Notes under the pieces: model-generated
What the model was told of the DNA's origin: nothing
Database searches by the model: none
The model's input: the letters and a program-made list of their open reading frames with translations, nothing else
Translations under genes and position numbers: made by a program
Shown here: piece after piece, positions 37,687 to 46,432 of the stretch
Layout of the letters: every line of letters starts with the position of its first letter
How positions within the stretch are numbered: position 1 is the stretch's first letter
Source of the DNA: Candidatus Curtissbacteria bacterium
GTDB taxonomy: Bacteria; Patescibacteriota; Microgenomatia; Curtissbacterales; GWA2-41-24
Length of the DNA stretch: 64,000 nt
Assembly (NCBI GenBank): GCA_030647775.1
Contig: JAUSJC010000010.1
Location: 433,334 to 497,333, forward strand
Reading direction: 5' to 3'

Positions 37687-38780
37687 AAAAGATTGTAATC
37701 ACAGGGGGACATCTAACGCCGGCACTGGCCGTGGTAGAAGCCTTAGCAAATAAAAAAGAATACAAAATAATCTTCTTCGGCCGCAAGATTGCCACGGACG
37801 GATCCGATAGCGTGTCGGCCGAATTCCGGGAAATCGGCAAAAGGAATATTACTTTTGTAGATATCGTCTCGGGGAGGCTTACCCGAAAATTTACAAAATA
37901 CTCAATTCCTTCGCTGCTCAAGATTCCGCTGGGGGTTTTAATGTCATTTCTTTATCTCGCCAAATACAGACCTTCTCTTGTTGTTTCTTTCGGCGGATAC
38001 TTATCTACTCCCGTAGTCTTTTGCGCCTGGCTTTTGGGAATCGACTGCCTAACTCACGAGCAGGCGGTGGTTCCCGGTTTTGCCAACAGGCTGAATAGTC
38101 TTTTTGTTAAAAAAATCTTTTTGTCTTGGGAGCAGACAAAAAATTACTTTCCCAAAGAAAAATACCAGGTAATCGGAACCCCTCAACCCCAATCGTTATT
38201 GGAAAAATCCGCGGGCGAAAAAAAGGTCAAAGCAATTCTTGAAAGAATTGGGGACATGGTCGTGGTAGCCGGCGGTTCCCAGGGTTCACACATCATCAAT
38301 AACCTGGTTTTTGAAAATCTTGATCTTTTCGCGAGAAACTTGGTTTTTCACCAGATAGGTACTGCCAATTATAAAAACGACCACGCCAAAGCGGCCAAAA
38401 TCAGGAAAAATAATTATTTCGCCATTGACTACGTAAGCCCCGAAGATATTGGTGCCGTATTTTCTCGCGCCAAGTTCGTTATCTCACGCTCCGGCGCCAA
38501 CACCGTTTGGGATCTGGCAATGCTTGCCAAACCGGCCATTTTAATCCCCTTGGCCATTGCCGCGGGGGATGAACAAACCAAAAACGCCCAAATTCTCGAA
38601 ACCGCCGGTTCGGCAATTATCCTCAGCCAAAATAGCCTTTCCCGCGCCTCCTTAAAAGAAGCAATCAAAAAAATGGAAGACAATCTCTCTGAATTTGAAA
38701 AATCTGCCCGCGCCTTCCAAAAAACTCTACCCCAAAATTCAACCGAAAAACTCGTTCAGTATATTTATCAAATCCTCTAA
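37683..38780 (+). CDS. murG: undecaprenyldiphospho-muramoylpentapeptide beta-N-acetylglucosaminyltransferase MurG
   Basis: ITGGHLTPALAV N-terminus; GT28 C-terminal motifs. Confidence 0.9.
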   Translation: MKKIVITGGHLTPALAVVEALANKKEYKIIFFGRKIATDGSDSVSAEFREIGKRNITFVDIVSGRLTRKFTKYSIPSLLKIPLGVLMSFLYLAKYRPSLVVSFGGYLSTPVVFCAWLLGIDCLTHEQAVVPGFANRLNSLFVKKIFLSWEQTKNYFPKEKYQVIGTPQPQSLLEKSAGEKKVKAILERIGDMVVVAGGSQGSHIINNLVFENLDLFARNLVFHQIGTANYKNDHAKAAKIRKNNYFAIDYVSPEDIGAVFSRAKFVISRSGANTVWDLAMLAKPAILIPLAIAAGDEQTKNAQILETAGSAIILSQNSLSRASLKEAIKKMEDNLSEFEKSARAFQKTLPQNSTEKLVQYIYQIL

Positions 38781-38818
38781 TCCCCACCGCTACCACCTAC
38801 ATCCCAACTAAGATTAGA

Positions 38819-38887
38819 CCCGAGCGTTTGCGAGGGTCGCATGGTACTGTATTAGATTTGTTTAACAAATCGCATGGCACTGTATAT
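38819..38887. repeat. intergenic (murG-ftsQ) repeat: CCGAGCG..CGAGGG.CGCATGG.ACTGTAT with an internal direct repeat of CGCATGGYACTGTAT separated by the hairpin GATTTGTT-TAA-AACAAATC
   Basis: a second copy of the same motif at 55021-55052. Confidence 0.6.
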
Positions 38888-38896
38888 ACTTAAATC

Positions 38897-39415
38897 ATGC
38901 GCAAGATTTTGTGGGCTGTTTTTACTATACTCTTGGCAGGACTGATTTTTTTTGGGCTGACTAAAATCTCCAAAAATTTCAGCTTTAAAAAATCTGCCGC
39001 TGTTCAAAGTGTAAACGTTGAGCCGGTTGTCCAAATCGAAGGTACCGATCTTTATCTTGCCGAAAACGGAGAAGTAGTTGCCAGATCTGGTTCTAAAAAG
39101 CCGCTTCTATATCTGGACAAAAATATAAAATTCGCGGCCGGTCAAAAAATTACCCAGGGGCAGATTTTATTTGCCGCCAAAATCGCCGCCGGTTTAATAA
39201 AATCGGATTTCACAGTTGCCACTATCAGGCTTTTGGATTCTCGCGATATCGCCGTTTATAATCCCCAGGACGCGATTGCCGTTTTTTCCAGCAATAAAGA
39301 CGCGAATTTGCAGATTGACTCTTTACAGCAGGTCCTGGCCAAAGCTAAAATAGATGCGACAAAAATTGTAAAAATCGATTTGCGTTTTGATAAGCCTGTT
39401 ATCGCCTTTAAATAA
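38897..39415 (+). CDS. ftsQ: FtsQ/DivIB-like cell division protein (short, TM plus POTRA-like)
   Basis: N-terminal TM; position between murG and ftsA. Confidence 0.6.
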   Translation: MRKILWAVFTILLAGLIFFGLTKISKNFSFKKSAAVQSVNVEPVVQIEGTDLYLAENGEVVARSGSKKPLLYLDKNIKFAAGQKITQGQILFAAKIAAGLIKSDFTVATIRLLDSRDIAVYNPQDAIAVFSSNKDANLQIDSLQQVLAKAKIDATKIVKIDLRFDKPVIAFK

Positions 39416-39420
39416 TCTCT

Positions 39421-40698
39421 ATGCCTAAAGATAAAATTATAACTGGAATCGATATCGGTTCATCCAAAATTACCACCATCATCGCCCAGGCCACGGAAGC
39501 TTCAAAGCTCAATATTATCGGCGTCTCGTCTGTCGGGGCCCGCGGCTTAAAAAAGGGCCAGGTCGTCGATATCGAAGAGGCTGTAAAGGCAATTACCCAG
39601 TCTCTGGAATCGGCAGAGAGGATGGCCGGTTACTCCGTCGGCAGCGCCTTTATTTCAACAGATGGTACCCACATTGAGTCACAAAACAGTAAAGGAGTTG
39701 TCGCCGTTTCTAGCCCCAGCGGGGAAATATCCGAGGAAGACGTCATCCGCGTTGTCGAAGCCGCCCGCGCCATTTCCCTTCCCTCATCAAAAGAAATTCT
39801 TCACGTAATCCCCAGGTTTTTCATCATCGATTCCCAAAGCGGCATCAAAGACCCGATCGGCATGACCGGTGTCCGGCTGGAGGTTGAAACCCACATTATA
39901 ACCGGCGCCACCACAGCCCTCAGGAATATCGCCAAGTGCGCCAGCCTTGTCGGCATCGACGTAGATGGGTTGGTTTTTTCCGGGCTGGCGGGTGCTTACT
40001 CGGTTCTTACCGATACCGAGCGGGAACTCGGGGTAATTTTGGTCGATTTCGGAGGCGGAACTACCGATATTACCATTTTCACCGACGGTGCCCCGGTTCA
40101 TAGCGCTGTTTTGCCAATCGGTGCCAAAAATGTCACCAACGATTTGGCAATCGGCCTTCGTGTTTCTTTGGAATCCGCCGAAAAAATCAAGCTGGCGCTT
40201 TCATCTGCCCCAAAAATAGCCGTAGAAATGGACGAAGAAGGTAACGCGCAAGACAAAAAGGAATCCGATAAATTGGACCTTGCCGGCCTTGGCATCGAAG
40301 AAGATTTAAGAAACATTTCCAAAAAAACCTTAACCGACGGCATTATCAAGCCGCGCCTGCGCGAAATCATCAATATGGTTAAACTCGAAATCCAAAAATC
40401 CAACTACGCGGGCCTCACGCCCTCGGGCGTCGTTTTAACGGGCGGCGGTGCCCAAACTACCGGCATGATGGATCTTGCCCGTCAGGAACTCGGTATGCCG
40501 GTTCGAATTGGCAGCCCTATGGGTGCCACCGGCTTAGTCGAAGAAGTTTCCTCGCCCGCCAGTGCTGCCAGCCTTGGTCTTGTCGTCTATGGCAGCCAGT
40601 TCCAAACCGATGACGTCCGCCTGCCCCTGGTCGGCCGTATCCAGATTAAAGGCGCCGTCACCCGCGGCCTCGGCTGGATCAAATCTTTATTACCTTAA
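39421..40698 (+). CDS. ftsA: cell division protein FtsA
   Basis: IITGIDIGSSKITTIIA actin-fold phosphate-1 motif; VDFGGGTTDITIF. Confidence 0.9.
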   Translation: MPKDKIITGIDIGSSKITTIIAQATEASKLNIIGVSSVGARGLKKGQVVDIEEAVKAITQSLESAERMAGYSVGSAFISTDGTHIESQNSKGVVAVSSPSGEISEEDVIRVVEAARAISLPSSKEILHVIPRFFIIDSQSGIKDPIGMTGVRLEVETHIITGATTALRNIAKCASLVGIDVDGLVFSGLAGAYSVLTDTERELGVILVDFGGGTTDITIFTDGAPVHSAVLPIGAKNVTNDLAIGLRVSLESAEKIKLALSSAPKIAVEMDEEGNAQDKKESDKLDLAGLGIEEDLRNISKKTLTDGIIKPRLREIINMVKLEIQKSNYAGLTPSGVVLTGGGAQTTGMMDLARQELGMPVRIGSPMGATGLVEEVSSPASAASLGLVVYGSQFQTDDVRLPLVGRIQIKGAVTRGLGWIKSLLP

Positions 40699-41016
40699 CT
40701 CTATATTTTAATCCTGAGCGAAGTCGAAGGACCTCCTCCCTTAACACAAACTGTCATCCTGAACTCGATTGCAAATTTATGAGTAATAAGCTCTCTTATT
40801 CAGGATCTGGTGTTGGTTCAGGATCTTTTTTAGATTCCGGATCAGGTCCGGAATGACGATGAGGTGCGGGTTGCAAACAGCCTCAGATTATGTTGTTTAG
40901 GGAGTGCTATTGAAACAACGATTTCAATAGCTTTCGTACTAACATCCGGACGAAGTCGGAATAAATTCGCGCACGATAATTACTTCCTCGGTGACTGTTG
41001 CAAATAGGGTTGTATT
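40699..41016. repeat. ftsA-ftsZ intergenic region (318 bp) composed largely of fragments of the palindromic element family (ATCCTGAGCGAAGTCGAAGGAC; GTCATCCTGAACTCGATT; TTCAGGATC x2; CCGGATCAGGTCCGG; TCCGGACGAAGTCGGA; hairpin CTATTGAAA...TTTCAATAG)
   Basis: motifs read directly; the same motifs recur at 42140, 45459, 52532, 53388, 55070 and 58939. Confidence 0.65.
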
Positions 41017-42132
41017 GTGCTTAAATGCCGCTTGCAAATGTTAATCAAGCCCGACGTCAATCGTTTTGCCAAAATTAAAGTCCTCGGCGTTGGCGGGGGC
41101 GGCGTAAACGCCCTCAATTCCATGGTTGCCAATTCTCAAATTCAAGGTGTCGATTTTGTGGCCGTCAATACCGACCAACAGCATCTTTTGGCCTCCATTG
41201 CCCAAACCAAAGTCCAAATCGGGGACGGCATCACCAAAGGTTTAGGTGCCGGTGCCGACCCGGAAATTGGCAAAAAAGCGGCCGAAGAATCTCTCGAGCG
41301 CATTAAACAGGTAATCTCCGGTGCCGACATGGTTTTTATTACTTATGGCGCCGGCGGCGGAACCGGAACCGGTGCCGGTCCGGTAATTGCCGATCTGGCG
41401 CGCAAAATGGGGATTCTGACAGTTGCCGTTGTCACCAAGCCTTTCGGTTTTGAAGGCACCCGCCGAATCGTTGTTGCCGACGAGGGCATAGAAAACCTCC
41501 GCGACCGCGTGGATACTTTAATCGTTATCCCAAACCAAAAACTTTTGGAAGTTGTCGATAAAACCGTTTCCCTTCTGGAAGCTTTCAAGCTTGCCGATTC
41601 CATTCTTTCACAAGGAGTTCAGGGGATTTCCGATATCATTGTCATGCCGGGCCTGATCAATGTTGATTTTGCCGACGTTAAGACCATTATGACCAATGCC
41701 GGCACAACCCTGATGGGTGTTGGTGTCGCCTCCGGCGAAAACCGCGCCGCCACAGCCGCCCGCGCCGCTATTGTCTCACCGCTTCTGGACTCTTCCATCG
41801 AAGGCGCCCGCGGAGTCCTATTTAACATTACCGGCGGTACCGATATGACCATGAACGAAGTCGATGAAGCCGCCAAAGTCATCACCGCCCAGGCCGACCC
41901 TGATGCCCAAATTATTTTTGGCGCCGCCATCGACGAAAAGTTAATCGATCAGATCAAAGTCACCGTTGTCGCCACCGGTTTTGACGAGCAGAGAAGAAGA
42001 TACGTTCAAATGACCACGGAAGATAAAGAAATTCAGGAGCAAGTCCAGTCGCAATCCCAAAACCAGGAAGAAGAACCGGTCATCGACGAAGACGAATTCG
42101 ACATCCCCACCTTCCTCCGCCAAATTCGATAA
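41017..42132 (+). CDS. ftsZ: cell division GTPase FtsZ
   Basis: KVLGVGGGGVNA tubulin signature and GGTGTGAGPV T7 region; the start could be the ATG at 41038. Confidence 0.95.
   Translation: MLKCRLQMLIKPDVNRFAKIKVLGVGGGGVNALNSMVANSQIQGVDFVAVNTDQQHLLASIAQTKVQIGDGITKGLGAGADPEIGKKAAEESLERIKQVISGADMVFITYGAGGGTGTGAGPVIADLARKMGILTVAVVTKPFGFEGTRRIVVADEGIENLRDRVDTLIVIPNQKLLEVVDKTVSLLEAFKLADSILSQGVQGISDIIVMPGLINVDFADVKTIMTNAGTTLMGVGVASGENRAATAARAAIVSPLLDSSIEGARGVLFNITGGTDMTMNEVDEAAKVITAQADPDAQIIFGAAIDEKLIDQIKVTVVATGFDEQRRRYVQMTTEDKEIQEQVQSQSQNQEEEPVIDEDEFDIPTFLRQIR
42089..42132 (+). repeat. left copy of a 44-bp direct repeat (the 3' end of ftsZ)
   Basis: GAAGACGAATTCGACATCCCCACCTTCCTCCGCCAAATTCGATAA versus 42894-42937 (2 mismatches). 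Confidence 0.8.
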
Positions 42133-42139
42133 CCTACCC

Positions 42140-42166
42140 ATCATCATCCTGAACTCGATTCAGGAT
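42140..42166. repeat. hairpin element CATCATCCTGAACTCGATTCAGGATC directly after the ftsZ stop
   Basis: 8-bp stem ATCCTGAA/TTCAGGAT; same family as 40753-40770. Confidence 0.65.
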
Positions 42167-42235
42167 CTATTCAAATATAACTGTAGTATAATAAATCCGT
42201 AATGAAAGATTGCAAAGTAGTATAATATTCGTATT

Positions 42236-42472
42236 ATGAAAGTAATATTTGGAAAAAACATTGTTGCAGATCCAGAAGTTCTTGCAGGTAAACCCGTGAT
42301 TCGCGGGACAAGAATTCCTGTGGATTTAATTCTTAAAAAACTGGCTGAAAATATAACCACGGATAAAATTTTAAAAGATTACCCAAGGCTTACAAAAGGA
42401 CATATCCAGGAAATTCTAAAATACGCCCACTCACTTGTTGCTAGAGAAGAAGTTTATCCAGCGAACCCCTAA
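42236..42472 (+). CDS. DUF433-family antitoxin-like protein
   Basis: 78 aa; GKPVIRGTRIPVDLIL is the DUF433 hallmark; paired with a PIN-like partner. Confidence 0.65.
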   Translation: MKVIFGKNIVADPEVLAGKPVIRGTRIPVDLILKKLAENITTDKILKDYPRLTKGHIQEILKYAHSLVAREEVYPANP

Positions 42473-42481
42473 AAGTACTAA

Positions 42482-42853
42482 ATGTCCAAAAAATTGAAAT
42501 TTCTTGCAGACGAAAGTCTGGAATATTCAATTGTGTTATGGCTCCGCAGCTTAAATTACGATGTAACATCGATTGCCGAAGATTGTCCTTCCGTTGAAGA
42601 TGGAAAGGTACTTAAAAAAGCCACTCAAGAAAACAGAATTATAATTACCAATGACAAAGATTTCGGTGATCTTGTATTTCTCAATAAACTTTCCCACAAG
42701 GGAGTAATCCTGCTAAGGTTTAGGACAGAAGAAGTAGAAACTAAAATTAAATTCCTAAAATCTTTCTTGAACAATTATTCGGACAAAATTACCAATAGAT
42801 TTACCGTAATTGACGAGTCAAAAATTCGCATTAGACAATCTGACGACGCGTGA
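42482..42853 (+). CDS. DUF5615 / PIN-like (Mut7-C-like) putative toxin nuclease
   Basis: KFLADESLEYSIVLWLRSLNYDV ... IIITNDKDFGDL matches PIN-like DUF5615 proteins that partner DUF433. Confidence 0.6.
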   Translation: MSKKLKFLADESLEYSIVLWLRSLNYDVTSIAEDCPSVEDGKVLKKATQENRIIITNDKDFGDLVFLNKLSHKGVILLRFRTEEVETKIKFLKSFLNNYSDKITNRFTVIDESKIRIRQSDDA

Positions 42854-42893
42854 AAATTTTTCAGAATAATTGAAGTAATGGAGTTGAAGACGA

Positions 42894-42937
42894 ATTCGAC
42901 ATCCCCACCTTCCTCCGACAAATTCGTTAATTGTTCT
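42894..42937 (+). repeat. right copy of the 44-bp ftsZ-3'-end direct repeat, non-coding, downstream of the DUF433/PIN-like cassette
   Basis: GAAGACGAATTCGACATCCCCACCTTCCTCCGACAAATTCGTTAA. Confidence 0.8.
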
Positions 42938-42999
42938 TATAACATTAATTGTGCGACGCTCTAATAATTTGTTAACTTTAGTACAATAGTAAATAAAAA

Positions 43000-43299
43000 A
43001 TGAAGTATTCAGAGATGGACGATGAAAGCCTAATACAACACATCAAGGATGGTATTGGACCAGGAGGTACTGCTGCCGCTCAATCCGAGCTGATGAAGCG
43101 GTGGCTTTCAAAGCTAAATGGTGCAGTAAGTAAGGTTGAATCTTCTGCTTTGTCAGTTTCAAGTGCCGTCGATGAATTGCATAAGACGATTAAGAATTTT
43201 AATAAACAATCCGCAAGGTCAACGAAATGGATCATTGTACTTACTATAGTCATGGCTCTGCTAGCATCGGCACAAATAATCGTATCATTTGTTAACTGA
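43000..43299 (+). CDS. hypothetical protein with a C-terminal TM helix
   Basis: 99-aa ORF; hydrophobic C-terminus. Confidence 0.4.
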   Translation: MKYSEMDDESLIQHIKDGIGPGGTAAAQSELMKRWLSKLNGAVSKVESSALSVSSAVDELHKTIKNFNKQSARSTKWIIVLTIVMALLASAQIIVSFVN

Positions 43300-43359
43300 C
43301 AAGTTACGACTTCGGGTAAAAGAGGAAGGCACCTATTTTTGTATAAGTGAAGTTAAGCT

Positions 43360-43809
43360 CTACTTTTTAAGTAGACTTTCGTATCTTTTTTCGATTTCTT
43401 CCATTCTAATGCTCCAGTTTCTGATTTCGTCATAGTTTATATCTACCCCAAGTCCAGACCATTCAAAACCAGTCACCCATTCATCCAAATTTTTTGTGTA
43501 ATCCCGCCAATCGGTTGTGACCTCAAACAGCTTCTTGGTGTCGTGTTTAAGTCTTTCTGACAGCTTGACAAAATTCTCTCTTGTTTGCTGTGCACCAAAC
43601 TTTGCCTCAACTAAGTTTTTTCTAACATCTTTATCCTCCTTCTCGTCAATGAAAGATTCAAGTCTCTTAATGGATTTAGAATATGCACGATTAGCGAATA
43701 ACTGGAGGATTGGGATTTTTATTCCTTTTGGAGCGTAGTGAAGCGCAAACCAATATACAACAACTCCGATGGCCAAAGAAAAGATAAACCTGAGAATATT
43801 GTCTAGCAT
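43360..43809 (-). CDS. hypothetical protein with an N-terminal TM helix
   Basis: 149-aa ORF. Confidence 0.45.
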   Translation of the reverse strand: MLDNILRFIFSLAIGVVVYWFALHYAPKGIKIPILQLFANRAYSKSIKRLESFIDEKEDKDVRKNLVEAKFGAQQTRENFVKLSERLKHDTKKLFEVTTDWRDYTKNLDEWVTGFEWSGLGVDINYDEIRNWSIRMEEIEKRYESLLKK

Positions 43810-43902
43810 ACTGCTAACCTTTCTCAGAACCTAAATAGGGTAGATGACTTAGGAATGCCAACTTCCCTCCGCCGAAAAGTTAGTTAGCTTATAATAACAT
43901 CT

Positions 43903-44457
43903 ATGAAAGTTTTAGTAACGAGGGAAGAAGCAATTATTGAAACTATGCCCTTTTCCAGGGAACTGGTATTGTGGTGTAAAACATACCCCGATTTTGCAAA
44001 AGCATTAAAAATTGTGTACCCAGACAAATTTCTCACTTTAGGTGCTATTGTAACCAGTTTCTGCTCATATAAGCCCAAAGACCAGGTTATCGGAATTTAC
44101 GCCTATGCCTATACGATGAAAGAACCAATCTTCAAGCAAGATTTCGTAATAAACAAAGGGAGTTTACATAAACGATTCATTCTTTATACAAGATACCCAA
44201 CTGCAAGCAAAATGATAAAGGACATTTCTGATTTTTATCGAACTTATGGCATGGATAACAACTATATTAATACTCATCATTTGACCTTCGAGCAATTACC
44301 TGACAAGGTAAAACCAGCGGGACTGAGAGCAGTACAGCTTGCCGAAAAAATTCGCAAAAATGGTCTTTTAAAGAATGACCCGTTCCATACAAAAAAAATA
44401 TATGAAGGTATCATACGAGCTAAAAAAACTGATTGGTTCACAAAAGAAAAATTGTAA
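43903..44457 (+). CDS. hypothetical protein
   Basis: 184-aa ORF; no recognisable motif. Confidence 0.45.
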   Translation: MKVLVTREEAIIETMPFSRELVLWCKTYPDFAKALKIVYPDKFLTLGAIVTSFCSYKPKDQVIGIYAYAYTMKEPIFKQDFVINKGSLHKRFILYTRYPTASKMIKDISDFYRTYGMDNNYINTHHLTFEQLPDKVKPAGLRAVQLAEKIRKNGLLKNDPFHTKKIYEGIIRAKKTDWFTKEKL

Positions 44458-44615
44458 AATTTATTTGTGTTTTATAAGTAGCCAGGCGTTGCTGAGGCCG
44501 GGCGGGAAGCCGTGCGTTTTTACAAGCGCGAACGAACCCTTTACCTTTGATTGGTACAAATAGTGAATATCCGGTGTTGGTGTGGGAGAAATCGGTACAA
44601 TTCCTATAACGAATA

Positions 44616-44840
44616 TTATTCGGTTGAAACGGTTAGACCCAAATGATCTTCAATTGTAGTAATCCTTCTTGTATGAGATTCTAATGTTTCTTTGATTTCC
44701 GTTACATCTTCAGAAACTTCAGAGAGTTGAGCTACAATGCCATCCAGCTTGTTAGTGTGCTCGTCAAGGGTTTCCTTAATGGGTTCTAGTTTTTCTTCAA
44801 TTAGTGCTCCGATTTGTTCCAAATCAGTTTTATTCATCAA
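44616..44840 (-). CDS. small acidic coiled-coil protein
   Basis: 74 aa, Glu/Leu-rich heptad pattern. Confidence 0.35.
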   Translation of the reverse strand: MMNKTDLEQIGALIEEKLEPIKETLDEHTNKLDGIVAQLSEVSEDVTEIKETLESHTRRITTIEDHLGLTVSTE

Positions 44841-44918
44841 TAGCCATTATTGGCGCGTCACAATTATATGTCAATAAGTACTTTACCAAACCCGCCACGG
44901 ATAAGGTAAAATCATCTA

Positions 44919-45455
44919 ATGATTGTCGCCCTTGGCTCCAAAAACCCCGCCAAAATTGGGGCGGCAAAAATCGCTTTCGAAAAAGTTTTTTCTAAGGAAA
45001 AAATAAAAATTGTCGGCGTGGAAGTTAAATCGGGCATTTCCAGCCAGCCCATGTCAGACAGGCAGTCAATCCGCGGGGCTATTAACCGCGCAAAACAAGC
45101 ACTCAAATCAATCAAAGGCGCGGATTTTGGGGTTGGTATGGAGGGTGGTATCCACAAAATCGGCAAAAAGTGGTTTGAATCCGGCTGGATCGCCGTTGTC
45201 GATAAAACCGGCAAAATCGGCCTTGGCACTTCCGCCCGCTGGGAAATGTCGGCTAAAGTCATGGGCAAATTGGAAGGAAAAGGCGAACTGAGCCATGTCT
45301 TTGAAGATTTGGCCAAAATCGAAAACGCCAAAGATGTCGGTGGGGTCATGGGCCTTGTCACCAAAAATATCCTGCCGAGGGATCTGGCTTATTCCCACGG
45401 CGTCATCTTCGCCCTCGCTCCATTTTTCTCCGACCCGGTTTTCTGGGATGAGTAA
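44919..45455 (+). CDS. non-canonical purine NTP phosphatase (YjjX/ITPase-like, DUF84)
   Basis: IVALGSKNPAKIGAAK ... GVGMEGG ... similar to YjjX inosine/xanthosine triphosphatase. Confidence 0.65.
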   Translation: MIVALGSKNPAKIGAAKIAFEKVFSKEKIKIVGVEVKSGISSQPMSDRQSIRGAINRAKQALKSIKGADFGVGMEGGIHKIGKKWFESGWIAVVDKTGKIGLGTSARWEMSAKVMGKLEGKGELSHVFEDLAKIENAKDVGGVMGLVTKNILPRDLAYSHGVIFALAPFFSDPVFWDE

Positions 45456-45458
45456 AAT

Positions 45459-45507
45459 TGTCATCCCGAACTTGTTTCGGGATCTAAATCCTCTAAATCG
45501 GGATTTA
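45459..45507. repeat. two adjacent hairpins (GTCATCCCGAA-cttgt-TTCGGGATC; TAAATCC-tctaaatcg-GGATTTA) between convergent yjjX-like and GIY-YIG genes; the first supplies the last codons and stop of the GIY-YIG gene
   Basis: palindromes read directly. Confidence 0.65.
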
Positions 45508-45757
45508 CGCTCTTTATCAAATTTATTTTCCAATCTCTGTGCCAATTTTTTAATTGTTTTTCTCGAGCAATAGCTTCCTTGGCCTGACTATACTGTTCTA
45601 GATAGATAAGTTTTTTTAATTTATATTTCTTTGTAAACCCGTCAACAAATTCGTTTCTGTGCTCGTAAACCCTACGAGTCAAATCATTTGTGACGCCGAT
45701 GTAAAAAGTAGTGTTATGGAAATTAGTTAGGATATAGACAAAATAATTTTTTGTCAT
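45461..45757 (-). CDS. GIY-YIG nuclease-domain protein (UPF0213/YhbQ-like)
   Basis: YFVYILTNFHNTTFYIGVTNDLTRRVYEH contains GIY...YIG and the conserved Arg and Glu; the last about 9 codons and the stop come from a palindromic repeat element. Confidence 0.8.
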   Translation of the reverse strand: MTKNYFVYILTNFHNTTFYIGVTNDLTRRVYEHRNEFVDGFTKKYKLKKLIYLEQYSQAKEAIAREKQLKNWHRDWKINLIKSVNPDLEDLDPETSSG

Positions 45758-46367
45758 GAGCTATTATATACAGATGCTGAAGCGAGTTCAGCATGACAAA
45801 TTAATGGACGAACAAAAACTCCTTGACGAAATTGCCGAAGAGATAGAAAAGTGCAAAACCTGTAAAGTTGGTAAAACAGGCAAGCCTGTTCCCGGTGAGG
45901 GCGATCCAAACGCCGAAATTGTTTTTATCGGTGAAGCACCGGGCCGGACGGAAGGGGAGACAGGTCGGCCGTTTATCGGCCGTTCCGGCCAGTATTTAAC
46001 AAAACTGATCGAGTCAATCGGCTTGAACCGAAGCGACGTTTTTATTACCAGCCCCGTTAAATATTTCCCAATTAAATCCGGCAAAGGCAGGGCGCCGACC
46101 GACGCCGAAATTGCCCACGGAAGGAAGCATTTATTAAAACAACTAGTAATAATCGATCCAAAACTCATCATCCTTCTAGGAAAAGTTGCCTCAAAAGCCA
46201 TCCTAAAAAAAGATATACTAGTATACTTGGACCATGGAAAGCTCTTGAGAGAAAATGGCAGGACATATTTCATCACCTATCACCCCGCCGCCGCCATCCG
46301 TTTCCAGAAATTTAAGGCTTTAATAGAACAAGACTTCAAACTGCTCAAACGGTTAATAAAAAAGTAG
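45756..46367 (+). CDS. family-4 uracil-DNA glycosylase
   Basis: CxxC N-terminus; GEAPGRTEGETGRPFIGRSGQ motif. Confidence 0.85.
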   Translation: MSYYIQMLKRVQHDKLMDEQKLLDEIAEEIEKCKTCKVGKTGKPVPGEGDPNAEIVFIGEAPGRTEGETGRPFIGRSGQYLTKLIESIGLNRSDVFITSPVKYFPIKSGKGRAPTDAEIAHGRKHLLKQLVIIDPKLIILLGKVASKAILKKDILVYLDHGKLLRENGRTYFITYHPAAAIRFQKFKALIEQDFKLLKRLIKK

Positions 46368-46432
46368 TAATAATCTTTTCTCGCGTGCGTTACAATATAA
46401 GTTAGCTTGTTTCTCACAAGCTCGAAATAGGG

